Of a stretch of 64,000 nucleotides of DNA, positions 28,501 to 40,500 are shown piece after piece. Under the pieces are notes generated by a model. That model did not search any database. It worked only from the letters and a program-made list of their open reading frames with translations, and was not told the DNA's origin. The stretch's first letter is position 1. Every line of letters starts with the position of its first letter. The stretch is from positions 31,310,001-31,374,000 of the forward strand of contig JAGIQG010000004.1 in assembly GCA_024679065.1 (NCBI GenBank), read 5' to 3'. The position numbers were made by a program, and so were the translations under genes. The stretch comes from Sphyrna mokarran. Lineage: Eukaryota.

Positions 28501-31500
28501 GAAGGGATCATCCATATGGAGGTGGTTTAATTTAACAATATCTGTCACAGTGGGAGAGACTGAAAAATAAAGAGAAACCGAATCACCCAGTTACGCAGCT
28601 TTCAGGACTCAACATTGAGTTCAACAACTTTAGACTGTGGCCTTTCTTTTTCTTCTTAATTTCCTTTTATGTTTCAAACATCTTTTGTTCCTTTGTAAAA
28701 ACCCTCTCTTCTCCGGGCCAATGGTCACTTTTTCTTAAGTTCTGCTGCATTGTTTTTGCAATCTTTCCCAACTCCTAATAATTAATAGCACAGAAATGGG
28801 TTGGAGAAATTGATGGATTTGAAGACTGCTAAATCCCCAGGAGCTGATAATCTACATTCCACACTACATAGAGAAGTGGCCCTAGAAATAGTGGATGCAT
28901 TGGTGGTCATCTTCCAAGATTCTACACACTCTAGACCAGTTCCTATGGAGGGTAGCTAATGGAAACCCTTTATTAAGAATAAGAGGTAGAGAGAAAACAA
29001 GGAATAACAGGGCCAATCAACAGTGAATAAATGCTAGAGTCAATTTTAAAAGATTTACTAACAGTGGATAACAGTGGAGGATTAGACAGAGTCAGCACAG
29101 ATTGACAAAAAGGAAATCATGCTTGACAGATCTACTGGAATTATTTGAGGATGTAAATAGTTGAGTTGATAAAGAGGAGACAGTGAAGGTGGTTTATTTG
29201 GACTTTCAGAAAGTTTTCAACAAAATCCCACATAAGAGATTAGAATGTAAAATTAAATGTCCCCACCATTTTAAATTTATTTTCATGTTCCACAATCTTT
29301 GAATAGAAGCCAGATGATGCCCTGTGACTGATCTGATTGAGTGAGTCAATCCCCATGGACAGAAGCTAATTTCTCTCCCAAAATGCTGACACGCGGGTTG
29401 AGAAAACTGATGGGTTCAAGAACCTGATGCTTGGATAATTTCCTGGTTCAACCCGACATCTCAGCTGTCTCACTATCAGGTGCCAGTTCTAAATGTAGTT
29501 GGACAGGAGGCTGAGCATTTCCTGGAGGTGGGAGCTGCCTGCCTGGCACCTACAGAAAAGGCAAGCAGCAGCCATGCTAAGGCCTGCCATTGTCTTGCTG
29601 CTAAAATGCAGGTAGTACCTCAGAGGGCGAGCAAAATAATTAATTCAAAGTAAGTGGTCCTGTAGCCAAAATGAAGGTAACAAGCACGATCCTGTGCAAG
29701 ATCCCTACACAAATATTTTTCACTCAACGTAAACAGATTTTCAGGTCTCCCCACGTTGAACTCGACAGTTGTGTGCTTACACGCAGTAGATCCTTCAGGA
29801 TTGTGAAATTCCCTTTTGAAAAGTTTCGGCCAACACTCTTTGAAATTTAGAAGAGTGAGGGGAGATCAAATTGAGGTAAGATGTTAAAAGGTACGAATAA
29901 GGTAGACGTGGAGTGGATGCTTCCTTTTATGGGGCATTCTAGGATGAGTGATCATAGTCTGTAGATAAGGAGTAGAAAATTTAAAGGAGAGTTGAGGAGA
30001 AACTAGTTCTCCAGAAGGGTTGAGAATCTGTGGAATTCAGTACCCCAAAGTGGTCTGGATGCTGGAACAGTGAGTAAATTTAAGGAAGAGCTAGACAGAT
30101 CTTTAATTGGTAATGGGTTGAAGGGTTATAGGGATAAGGTAGGAAAATGGGGATGAAGAGCACATCAGCTATGATTAAATGATGGAGCGAACTCAATGGG
30201 CCAAATGGCCTAAATTTTGCTCCTATATCTTATGAACTTATGAAAAAGTGCAGCTGATACAGCACAAGGTTAATAGCCTGAAATACTCTACCTTACGACA
30301 ACTCACAACCACATAAAAGGGCCATAAATGGAGTCTTGCCAAAGTTACCAGTATTTCAAAAACAAGCTGACAAAAGAGTGATTATTCACCTTTTCTTTTA
30401 CTGCTGTACAAAATAATTGTTGCAAAGCAAACAGCTGCAGTGATCATAGAAGTTAGGAGAAAAGTTAGGAGAAACGTTCTTGATCTTGTCCTGGATCCTA
30501 TACAAATGCAAAACCAGAGAGGCGTTATTGGTTATTCACTGCTCTTTCTCCATGCTTGTTACAGAAAACAAAAGTTTTAAATTTACTTACAGGGCAGCAT
30601 CATACCTGAATAACTGAAAGAACCTTTCAATGACAAATGATGCAGTAACTCCTGTTTCATTCACAATGAAGTGAAACTGCCAACACATTAGCTGGAAAAT
30701 CAAGTGGTCTCTATCCTAAAGAATAATCTTTGACATTTTAAAACAAAGCTATATTTCACTACTTCATAAATGGAATTTTTTCAACTAGAATGAAAATGTG
30801 AAACTTGTGACAATTCAATGTGTGCATAACAATTCAGATTGTGAGGTCACGATGAAAATAATTATTTATTGATCCAGTATTCTACCAAGTCCCATTCTGC
30901 ACCCAGGATATGGTACACCTGCCAGTCCAGGCACTCATTTAGATCATAGTACTTTTTTTCCTTTTTTATCTCAAGGATCTTGCATTTAGGCAAAATATTA
31001 AAAGTTGGATTTGGTGATAAAAATAAAAGTCAGATATTGACAATTAGCTCTACAATATGTTATAAAAGAACAACTTTCAGAACATTTTTAAAACCTTACA
31101 TTTATACACTTACACCTAGACATACAACAGATTGGCTTCCTATGGTTTGTGTGTAAGATCCAAGACCAAAGCCTGGGACAGTCAAAGAGGCACCGAAGAG
31201 AAATGCGCCCATTTATCATGGAAAATCATGGAAGATAAGTCATTATAATGCTGATATTCTTTGATAAAGTCACTCAAATACATACAAAGCAATGGGGACC
31301 TGGAAAAATTAGAAGGCCAAGTTGTGTGGCAATGACACAAACCATTCTAAGTAGATTAATAGAACATAGAACATTACAGCACAGAACAGGCCCTTCGGCC
31401 TTCGATGTTGCGCCGACCAATATAAAAAGCAATGCCCCTCCAAACTAAACCATTCCCTTCTCTTCCATATACTTATCAACTAACCTCTTAAACGCCACCA

Positions 31501-34500
31501 AACTTGGCGCATCTACAACTGCTGCAGGCAGGGCATTCCACTCCCGAACCACCCTTTGGGTAAAGAACCTACCTCTGATATCCGTCCTATAACTATCACC
31601 CCTTAATTTAAAGCTGTGTCCCCTCGTGCTAGCTTTTTCCATCCTAGGAAAAAGGCTATCACTGTCCACCCTATCTAAACCTCTAATCATCTTATATGTT
31701 TCGATTAGGTCCCCTCTTAGCCGCCTCCTTTCTAACGAAAACAACCTCAAATCCCTCAGCCTCTCTTCATAAGACCTGCCCTCCATACCAGGCAACATCC
31801 TGGTAAACCTCCTCTGTACCCTCTCCAATGCCTCCACATCTTTCTTATAATGTGGGGACCAGAACTGCACCAGATTCTTCCACTAAGCTGGAGACTGAAG
31901 TCTGTCTAATAGCTTCCGAGAAAACAGACTTACGATGGCAGGTGCTGGAAGATTTGAAATGGAAACAATACTCTATATTTCTAGGGTCCAGTACCTAAGA
32001 TGACTCATGATAATCATATATAATGTGACATATGATATGTGCCAATGTTGTGGTCAGGAAGATAATGGCAACGTACTTGTACATTTTAATGTCCATTTCT
32101 CACTTCACCATTCTGAGCAATATTCGCTCTTGCTAAGCATCGAGCATAATCTGTATTTGTTAACTGTCTATTGGCAAAATAACAATACTCTCCTTGAGGT
32201 GGAGGAATTAATCAGATCACTCTGGGATCAAGTTGTTTCCACGATGATAACAAGTGATTGTAGAAATTCAGAACTAATGAGTGAAATGGATTCCAAGCAC
32301 TAAGAGAAATGATTCCTCATTTAGCCTGGCTCACTAACTGATCCTAGTTAGGGTAGACTTGTCACTGAAAGCTGGAAATGTTCCCACTGGTTTGTAGAAT
32401 TATCTGGAGTCAATGACCTGAATTTTGCCACCTTGTCTGCTTTTGGGAAGTGGAGCACGTGAGAGGCAGATAATAGGAAAATCTGTTGACCTCGGGCTGG
32501 ATTTTACGGTTTCAGGACGAACAAGGTTGTAAAATCCCGCCCATTGAGTGTACTTTAACTGCAAGGCACTTCTACATACACTTGAGGGGGGGAGTAATAA
32601 AATCCTGGCTCTGTTGACCTAAGTTTTCTAGACTTAGGGGGCGAGTTGTGTGTGAATTCTGTATTGAAATTCTATGTGCCATTTCACGCAGATATCCTCA
32701 GACATAGTCACAAATTTTTGAGTCAATCAATCAATCAAGAAGTAGATTATTTGATTGAATACTCACTCAGGCTAATTAAAAAAGGACTTTTGTTCCTAAT
32801 GGTAAAATAATTGTTCCCTTGAAAATTTTGACATGGAATACAACAGAATCCATTTAGAAATTCTACATCATTCAGATATAATATTGAAGTTGCTTTGTTG
32901 TCTTTTCATTTCTAATAAATTCATATGGAAATTTATCAGTATTTCTACTCCTATGAACTGTGAAAAGCATTCACAAATACATTTCAAAAAACAGGTGTGC
33001 AAAGAACAATTTGAAATTTAAATATGGCAAGGCTCATTGTGAAGAATAGGGGTGGCATTTTAAGGCATGCTTGTCCCAAAACCATAAATTCCTGCTTGAG
33101 GTCAACGGACTTTTACGTTGTCTGCCCTCTCGCTCCAATTCCTGTGGTGCGAGTGATGATAAAATTTCAGCCTAATGTCTACATGTGTAGAAACTAAATA
33201 ACATCCTTAATTTGTAATGATCCATTTGTGTGGCTGATTCAAGCCAAGATTTTCTAAATGAAAGTAAAGTGTAATTCATACTACATTAGAATTGAAAAAT
33301 GAAATATTTCTCACCATTTTCTAGATACTATCCTCCTTCATTGTTACTCACCCTTGATGGTCAAATGAACAACTCTTTGTAAAGGTGTCCTTAAAGCTTC
33401 ATGACTAATTTCGCAGACATAAGAAGCTCCATCATCTGCCTGGGTGCCTTTGACAATCAGGAATGAAAGCAGATCAAACGTTCCATCTTGATTTTGTTGA
33501 AGTTTTCCTGCAATGGCTCTTGATGTGAGGTTAACTTGGTTTTCGCTATCTTTTGAGCCACGTTTAAACCAAGAGATAGAGTGAGCTTCTGGGTAAAAAC
33601 GTTTCATCTCACAAATGATTGTTTTATCTTCCCCAAGTTCAATGTCAATGTTTATGGTGTTCACCGAAACTGTAGGAGGTACTACCAAGAAAAAAAGGAA
33701 TAAAAATAAATTTTATGTTTCTTTCATTAAATGTCTCCTTAAAAATGCAACGTGGTCATGTTAGACATGCATTGAAATGGGTGCAGGCAATTTAACCCCT
33801 CGAGCTTGTTTTGCCATTTAATGAGCTTATGGTTGATCTGAGACCCACCTGAGTCCCATATGCATTAATAATTCTGCCCAACAAAAATTAGGTTATAATA
33901 AAAAAATGCTGGATAAGTGAAGTAGGTTGGCGAAGTCACAATGACTCGAAACGTTAACTCTGTTTCTTTCTCCAGATGCGGCATTTTCTTTACATATTTC
34001 AGAATTCCAAAATTCACAGTATTTTTCTTTTAATATAAAAATTAAGCTATCTCAGGTTTAAATTTACAATTGTAATTTTAATTACTTTCTTCAAAAGTGA
34101 TTTCCGAACCTATTTTGTTTATTTATTAGTGTCACATGTAGGCTTACATTAACATTACAATGAAGTTTCTGTGAAAATTCCCCAGTTGCCACGCTCCAGT
34201 ACCTGCTTGGATACACTGAGGGGGAATTTAGTAAGGTCAATGCGCCTAACCAGCATGTGTTTTGGATTGTGAGGGGAAACCGGAGCACCTGGAGGAAATC
34301 CATGCAGACACGGGGAAAATGTGCAGACTCCGCACAGGCAGTGACCCAAGTTGGGAATTGAACCTGGGTCCCTGGCACTGTGAGGCAGCAGTGCTAACCA
34401 CTGTACCCCTTTGCCACCCATGCTAAATTCTCCCTCATTACAGTGGTAAGCACTGCTGCCTCACAGTGCCAAGGATCTGTGTTCAATTCCCGGCTTGGAT

Positions 34501-37500
34501 TACTGGCTGTGCGGAGTCTGCACATGAAGAATGCTTCCCTATTTCACTTTTGTAAGGTCTGGCTCTAATTTTAGACAATGCCCCTCCACTTCCCTTTTTC
34601 CATGTTGTATAATCCTCAACCAGTGAAGTTAACTCCCCCTATCTAAATCCCTTTAATACAGTGTCTTGGAATTCACAAATTTCTGTTGGAAAAGAATATT
34701 TTGACCTATTGACATGTCCACTCAGAATGAAACTGCAACTGCTCAGTTAAATGGAAGTGTCTATAATTAACTATCAGATGGAGCAGATGTTTTGCTGAGG
34801 ATAAACAACCTTACCCCAGCTCACACCGCTGTTTTGGTTTTGTTTTTACTCCCAAAAAGATGGAAGTCATTTTCCACAGATACTGTTACCATTGTAACAG
34901 TGTTACATAGCCAATTAAAAGACCTATTCTGTGAGTCTGAAATATACAATTTCTGCAGTTCTATTTGTACCCATAACTATTCCTAGTATTTCTACAATTC
35001 TACTTATAACCATAACTATTCCTAGTGTTCCTACAATTCTATCTATATCCATACCTATTCCTAGTATTCCTACAACTCTCTCTGTATCTAAGAATTCCAA
35101 GTATTCCTACAATTCTATCTATATCTATAACTATCTCTAGTACAGATTAATTCATGGACAGAAATTAAATTGGTTTAAAGAACAAACAAAGCTGGCTGCA
35201 TTTTGTGGTAGCAGCAAAGGAAGTGTTCGCCTCAGATCTCGAAGAAAGCTGCCTACAAGGGCTAAACAATACCTGTGGCACCCTTTTCCCCTTTCTCAAA
35301 GTCAAACCGATGCTGTCGCTAAGTCAAGGGGTCTCAAAATGTCCAACAGCAATAACACCATTAACCAGGGTTTGCAGCCATTCACACTGAAGTACTCTTG
35401 TAGACGGCAAATGAGGAAGCAAAAACCATTAAATCCCTTCAATTTCTAATTTTAACTTTCTCTTACAGGTAGAGAGATAAATAAATGGGATATTCATTTA
35501 ATACAGAAGCTGAAATATCATAAACAAATCTTAATTTTGAAAGAAATATGTAGAATTTTATTTCATATTAGAGAAATCTAACTTTAAACAAATATTAAAT
35601 TACTGGGTAAGGGCCAGTGAAGGAGTTTAGCAGCAATGACAAATCCCCTGAACTCCGGTAAGCACCCTTCCTACCACCCCACTCCCCCCACTAATCCACT
35701 TAGTGTGCCTTTAAAAACCCAAGTACACCACATTCAGAAAGGATTTTACTGTGAAACCAATAATAGCACGGTGGCACAGTGATTAGCACCGTTGCCTCAT
35801 ACCACCAGTGACAGGATTTTATTTCCAATCACTGCTTGTATGGAGTTTGCACGTTCTTGCTGTGGGTTTCTGCAGATGTTCTGGTTTCCTCTCACAGTCC
35901 GAAAGACGTGCTAGTCAGATGCACTAGGCATGCTAAATTCTCCCTCAGTGTACCCAAACAGGCACTGGAGTATGACCACTAGGGGATTTTCACAGTAACT
36001 TCATTGCAGAGTTAATGTAAGCATACTTGGAACACTTAATGAAAACTTCCATTCTTAAACTAAGTTTTTTATTATTCAATTTTACTGCATTCTGGGGTTA
36101 CTGCATATCCTTACAGCAACTTCTGGATATCTACATTTAATTGTGCATGTATGGACTTCAGATGAGTAATTATGGTGGATACTAACATAGTTCATTGTCA
36201 TAACGACCAACAATTTAGTGCCTTTAATATCCTAAAGTACTTCACAGGAGCATTATAACACAAAATACTAAAACTGACCCAGACCTATGCCAGTTCATAT
36301 CAGGTTAGATAATAACTATATGATCAGAGGTAGGTTTTAAGAAGTATAGATGTTTTGAAGATGGAAATTGAGGTGGTGAAGTGGGAGGTGTAAGGAGGGA
36401 ATTCTAGAGCTTAAACATGATGCAACTAAAGGCATGGCCATCAATGATGGAGCATTTAAAATCAAGGTTGCTTAAGAGACAGTCTAGATATCTGAAAGGG
36501 CAACGGGGCAGGAGAAGGTTACAAAGATAGGAAGGGCTGAGACCATGGAGAGATTTGAAAACAAGAACAAAAATTTTAAAATCAAAATGTTGTTTTAACT
36601 GGAACCAGAACAAGTCAGTAAGCACAGGGGTGATAGATTAACTGGATTTGCTGAGTTAATATATAGACAGCAGATAGGTTTACACAAGGTAGAATATGGA
36701 AGGCCACCAGTAAAACATTGGAATAGTTAGGTTCAGCAGTAACAAAGGCATGAATGAGATTTTTTTTAAAAAGCAGAAATTAAGCCGTGATGGGGCAAAA
36801 CCAGGAAATACAATGGACGTGGCAATAGGCAGTCTTTGTGACTGTGCAAATCTCAGGGCCAAATTCCAGGAAGGTGAATGGGACACCAATTGCAGGGCAG
36901 GTAAAAAAATGATTAGAGTGTCCTCCAAATGGCACAACATTAGTTACCCCAATGTTCTGAGGTCACTCCCATATAAACTAACAAACCTCATGGGAAATGC
37001 AGATACGGTTCATTTAAAAGAATGAATGATTTAAACAAAAGAAATGGAAATTACATTTATCTAGCGTTTTTAAAAATGACTGGGCATCTCAAAGCATTTT
37101 ACAGCTAATTAATTTCCTTTAAAACTGTAGCTCCTGCTGAAATGTTGAAAGCAACTTTAACACAGCAAACTCCCACAAATAATAAAACTTCACCTATTTT
37201 TCATGACATAAAGCTGAAATTGAAATTTTCCCATCAAAAATTGTAATTAGATCTATTCAATTTGAGTCTATTTTGGATAACATATATGAATGTAAGAATT
37301 AGAAGCTGGAGTAGGCCACTTGACCCCTCGGGCCTTCTTCATCATTCAATAAGATCATGGCTGATCTGATTGTGACCTCAACTTCACATTCCCACCTACT
37401 CCTCAAATCCTTTGACTCCCTCTGCCTTAAAAGACATTCAATGACCCTGTTCCCCCTGTGGCCAAATGGGCCATCTAAAATGGCAATTTGTAAAGCACTC

Positions 37501-40500
37501 TGGGACAACTGGGCAAGAACTAAAATGATAGGTTGCAGCCTAAAAGACAGAGATAAATAGGCTGTAACCCTGGCAAGTGAATACACAGGATATGGGTCAT
37601 CTCCAGGACAAAAGAGACTTTCTGTTCCAACTGAGTTGTTTACCAGGCATAAGGGCACTGTAACTCCTTATTTGGGAGGGAAGTGTGAACTCCATGTGCC
37701 CCCAGCACCTACAGACATGGTCACTGGGGACACACCCAGAAATTGGTGTGGCAGCAGCCAATTGGACTTTATCGATCAGGGTGATCAGCCTGATCGATTG
37801 ATTGGCAATGGCCAAAAGCAGCGCGAAACCTAACGGGATATGAAGAGAGTTGCACAACCAAGAATCTCTCTCTCTTTCTCTCTGACCCCACAAACAAGCT
37901 ACAACAACGGTAACCGTCGCAATGACCAGCACGAACAGAGCCACCACATCCGTAAAAGAAGGAAGGCCCGAGTCAGAATGCCAAATCAGAACCAATGATC
38001 AGATTACGCAGAAGAGACCAAGACCAATTCACAGATAAAGGCCAATACCTGTTTGGTATTTGCCTGTCATGCAAAGTTAAGTCAAGGTCTTGTACTGGAC
38101 TTGAACTCTAGTATTTTTTGTAAAGATATCTTATTGTTGGTTGAGTGGGCGAGTATTGATTCTGTGTCTTAAATAAATATTGGTTATACTAACAAGACGT
38201 CTACTCGCAGTTATTTGTTCACCGTATAAGGATTAAAACAGACTGTGGAGCAGGTACAACACTCCTCACACCATGTATTCCGTGTAGCAACCTTCGATGT
38301 GGCACCTTGTCAAATGCCTCTCATATCACAGAGTTCATCCAAATAGATGTTTCTATGCAAAAATATACCTTCACAACTAAGATAAAAGTTTAAGTTAATT
38401 TAACCAGATTGTGGAAGTGCTTTTCTCTCAGAAATTTCTAGACATTTTTATTTTAGCTCATTTAGGTGAAGGCAAATGATTTGCCATTTCACAGTCAACT
38501 GAGTTCAATTGAGATATTTGCATCTCTGCACTTTTCTCATCAGCTGGAATTCTTACTTTTCATTAACATCTCCTGTGGTTACAGTGAACAAAAACTCCAA
38601 GCACAGTTCTTAAAGGATCATATTTCAGGCATTATTCCTCACATACCTGTTATTGCCAGAGTAACTGTCCCCGTTCCTTTATCAGAAAATACTGAAACTG
38701 TGCAGGAGTATGATCCAACATCTTGAATTGTAACATTTTTTAGAAGTAAAGAAGCATTTGCTTTGCTTATTTCATTTATGGAGAGACTCGATCCTGGTCT
38801 ATAGCTTTCATATTCTCCAAACTCGAACAAATAAACTGCTTTGTTATCAGTGCCCACTCTGTGGTTCCATTCAATCACAATGTAGTTCAAATTCAATTCA
38901 ACTATACGTGTAAATAGGCAGCTCAACAGGATATCTTCACCAATTGTGGCATTGATAACTGGGATGACCATCACCTCAAGGGAAGCTGCATTAAAAAATA
39001 CACAGCAAAAGTTCAAAACATGGTTCATCAATAATTCATTATAATCATTCTTCACAAAAATTCTGTGGAAAGAAAAATGGTGAACAGAGGCAAAATATAA
39101 CAGGGGTATGTAAGACATCACTCAGCCACTTTTAAATATCTATTTCCTTCATTACAATAGTAGTGGCTATTCTTTAAAAAAGTACTTCATTAGCTGGAAA
39201 GCGTTTTAATATATCCATTGGTCATTGAAATGCCATTTAACTACAAGTCTATCTTTTCGTTTCCCAGCTTGCAGCCAGCAACTGGGGGGGGGGGGGGGGG
39301 GGGGGGTGGGGGGGGGGGGCTGTGTGTGGGGGAGTGTGTGTGTGTGTGTGTGTGTGTGGTGGTGGAGGAAATGATATGGGGAAGCAGGAGGAATGACCAT
39401 GACTGGGATGGGGGAGATTGATGACTGTGGGGTGGGGGGAAATAGGTCTGTGATTGGGTGGGGAGGGGGAGAAAGCTTTGTTTATGAAAGGTAAATGAGG
39501 TTTCTGATCAGATTCTGGGGATTAAAAAGCCATGGATTGGGATGGCTGGGATCAGAATATCAGGACCTAAGGGCCAGTGTCCTTGCAGACTGCATCATTA
39601 CAGAAGTAGTCAGCGCTTTAAACAAAATAAGGGGCAGGTGATTCTGGAAAGAAGCTATTTAAGCATATAAAGGAAAAGGAAATGGTAACTTTACAAGGCA
39701 GTTGTTTAGGTAATGATACCGAGAGTATGACAGGAAGGGACAGAGTGTACAAACATAAAAATACAGCAGCGAATAGGATAAAAAAGGGAGAAAAATGTTA
39801 ATAAAGCAAAGTGAATGGTTTTATACTTAAATACACATAGTATTCAACATAAAATAAATGAATTGATGGCAAACACAGTCCAAAGATGTGTGGGTTAGGT
39901 TGATTGGCCATGCTAAAATTGCCCTTAGTGTCCTGAGATGCATAGGTCAAAGGGATTAGTGGGTAAATATGTAGGGATATGGGGGGGTATGGCCTGGGTG
40001 GGATTGTGATCATTGCAGATTCGATGGACCAAATGGCCTATTTCTGAGCTGTAGGGTTTCTATGATTCTATAATGAACGTGTATGATCTTATAGCCATTA
40101 TAGAGATGGGGTTTCAAGGAGATGAAAACTGGGAACTAAATAATTTGGTATATGAGACTATTTGTAAGGATAGGCAGGAAGGAAAGGGTAGTTGGGTAGC
40201 TTTGTAAGTATGAGATGGAATAAGTATGAAAGGAAGAAATGATCTTCAGTCAGAAGATGTAGAATCCATGTGGGTAGAGGTAAGAAATAACAAATGGGAA
40301 GAACTTATCAGTGGGAGTAGTCTGTAGGCCTCCTAACAGTGGCTAAACTGTAGGACAGAGAATAAATCAGCAGATAATGGGGGTATGAAGCACTTTAATC
40401 ATGAGTGATTTTTATCCTCATATAGATTGGGAAAATTAAATTGGTAGAGGTAGCCATAAAGAAGAATTTATAGAATGTTTTTGAGATAGTTTCCTAGAAT

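Noticed and set aside
38986-39121. Hydrophobic N-terminal extension of the IgV ORF as a signal peptide
   Set aside because: It is the AT-rich intron end and polypyrimidine tract; a better signal exon with a consensus donor exists at 47025-47076.
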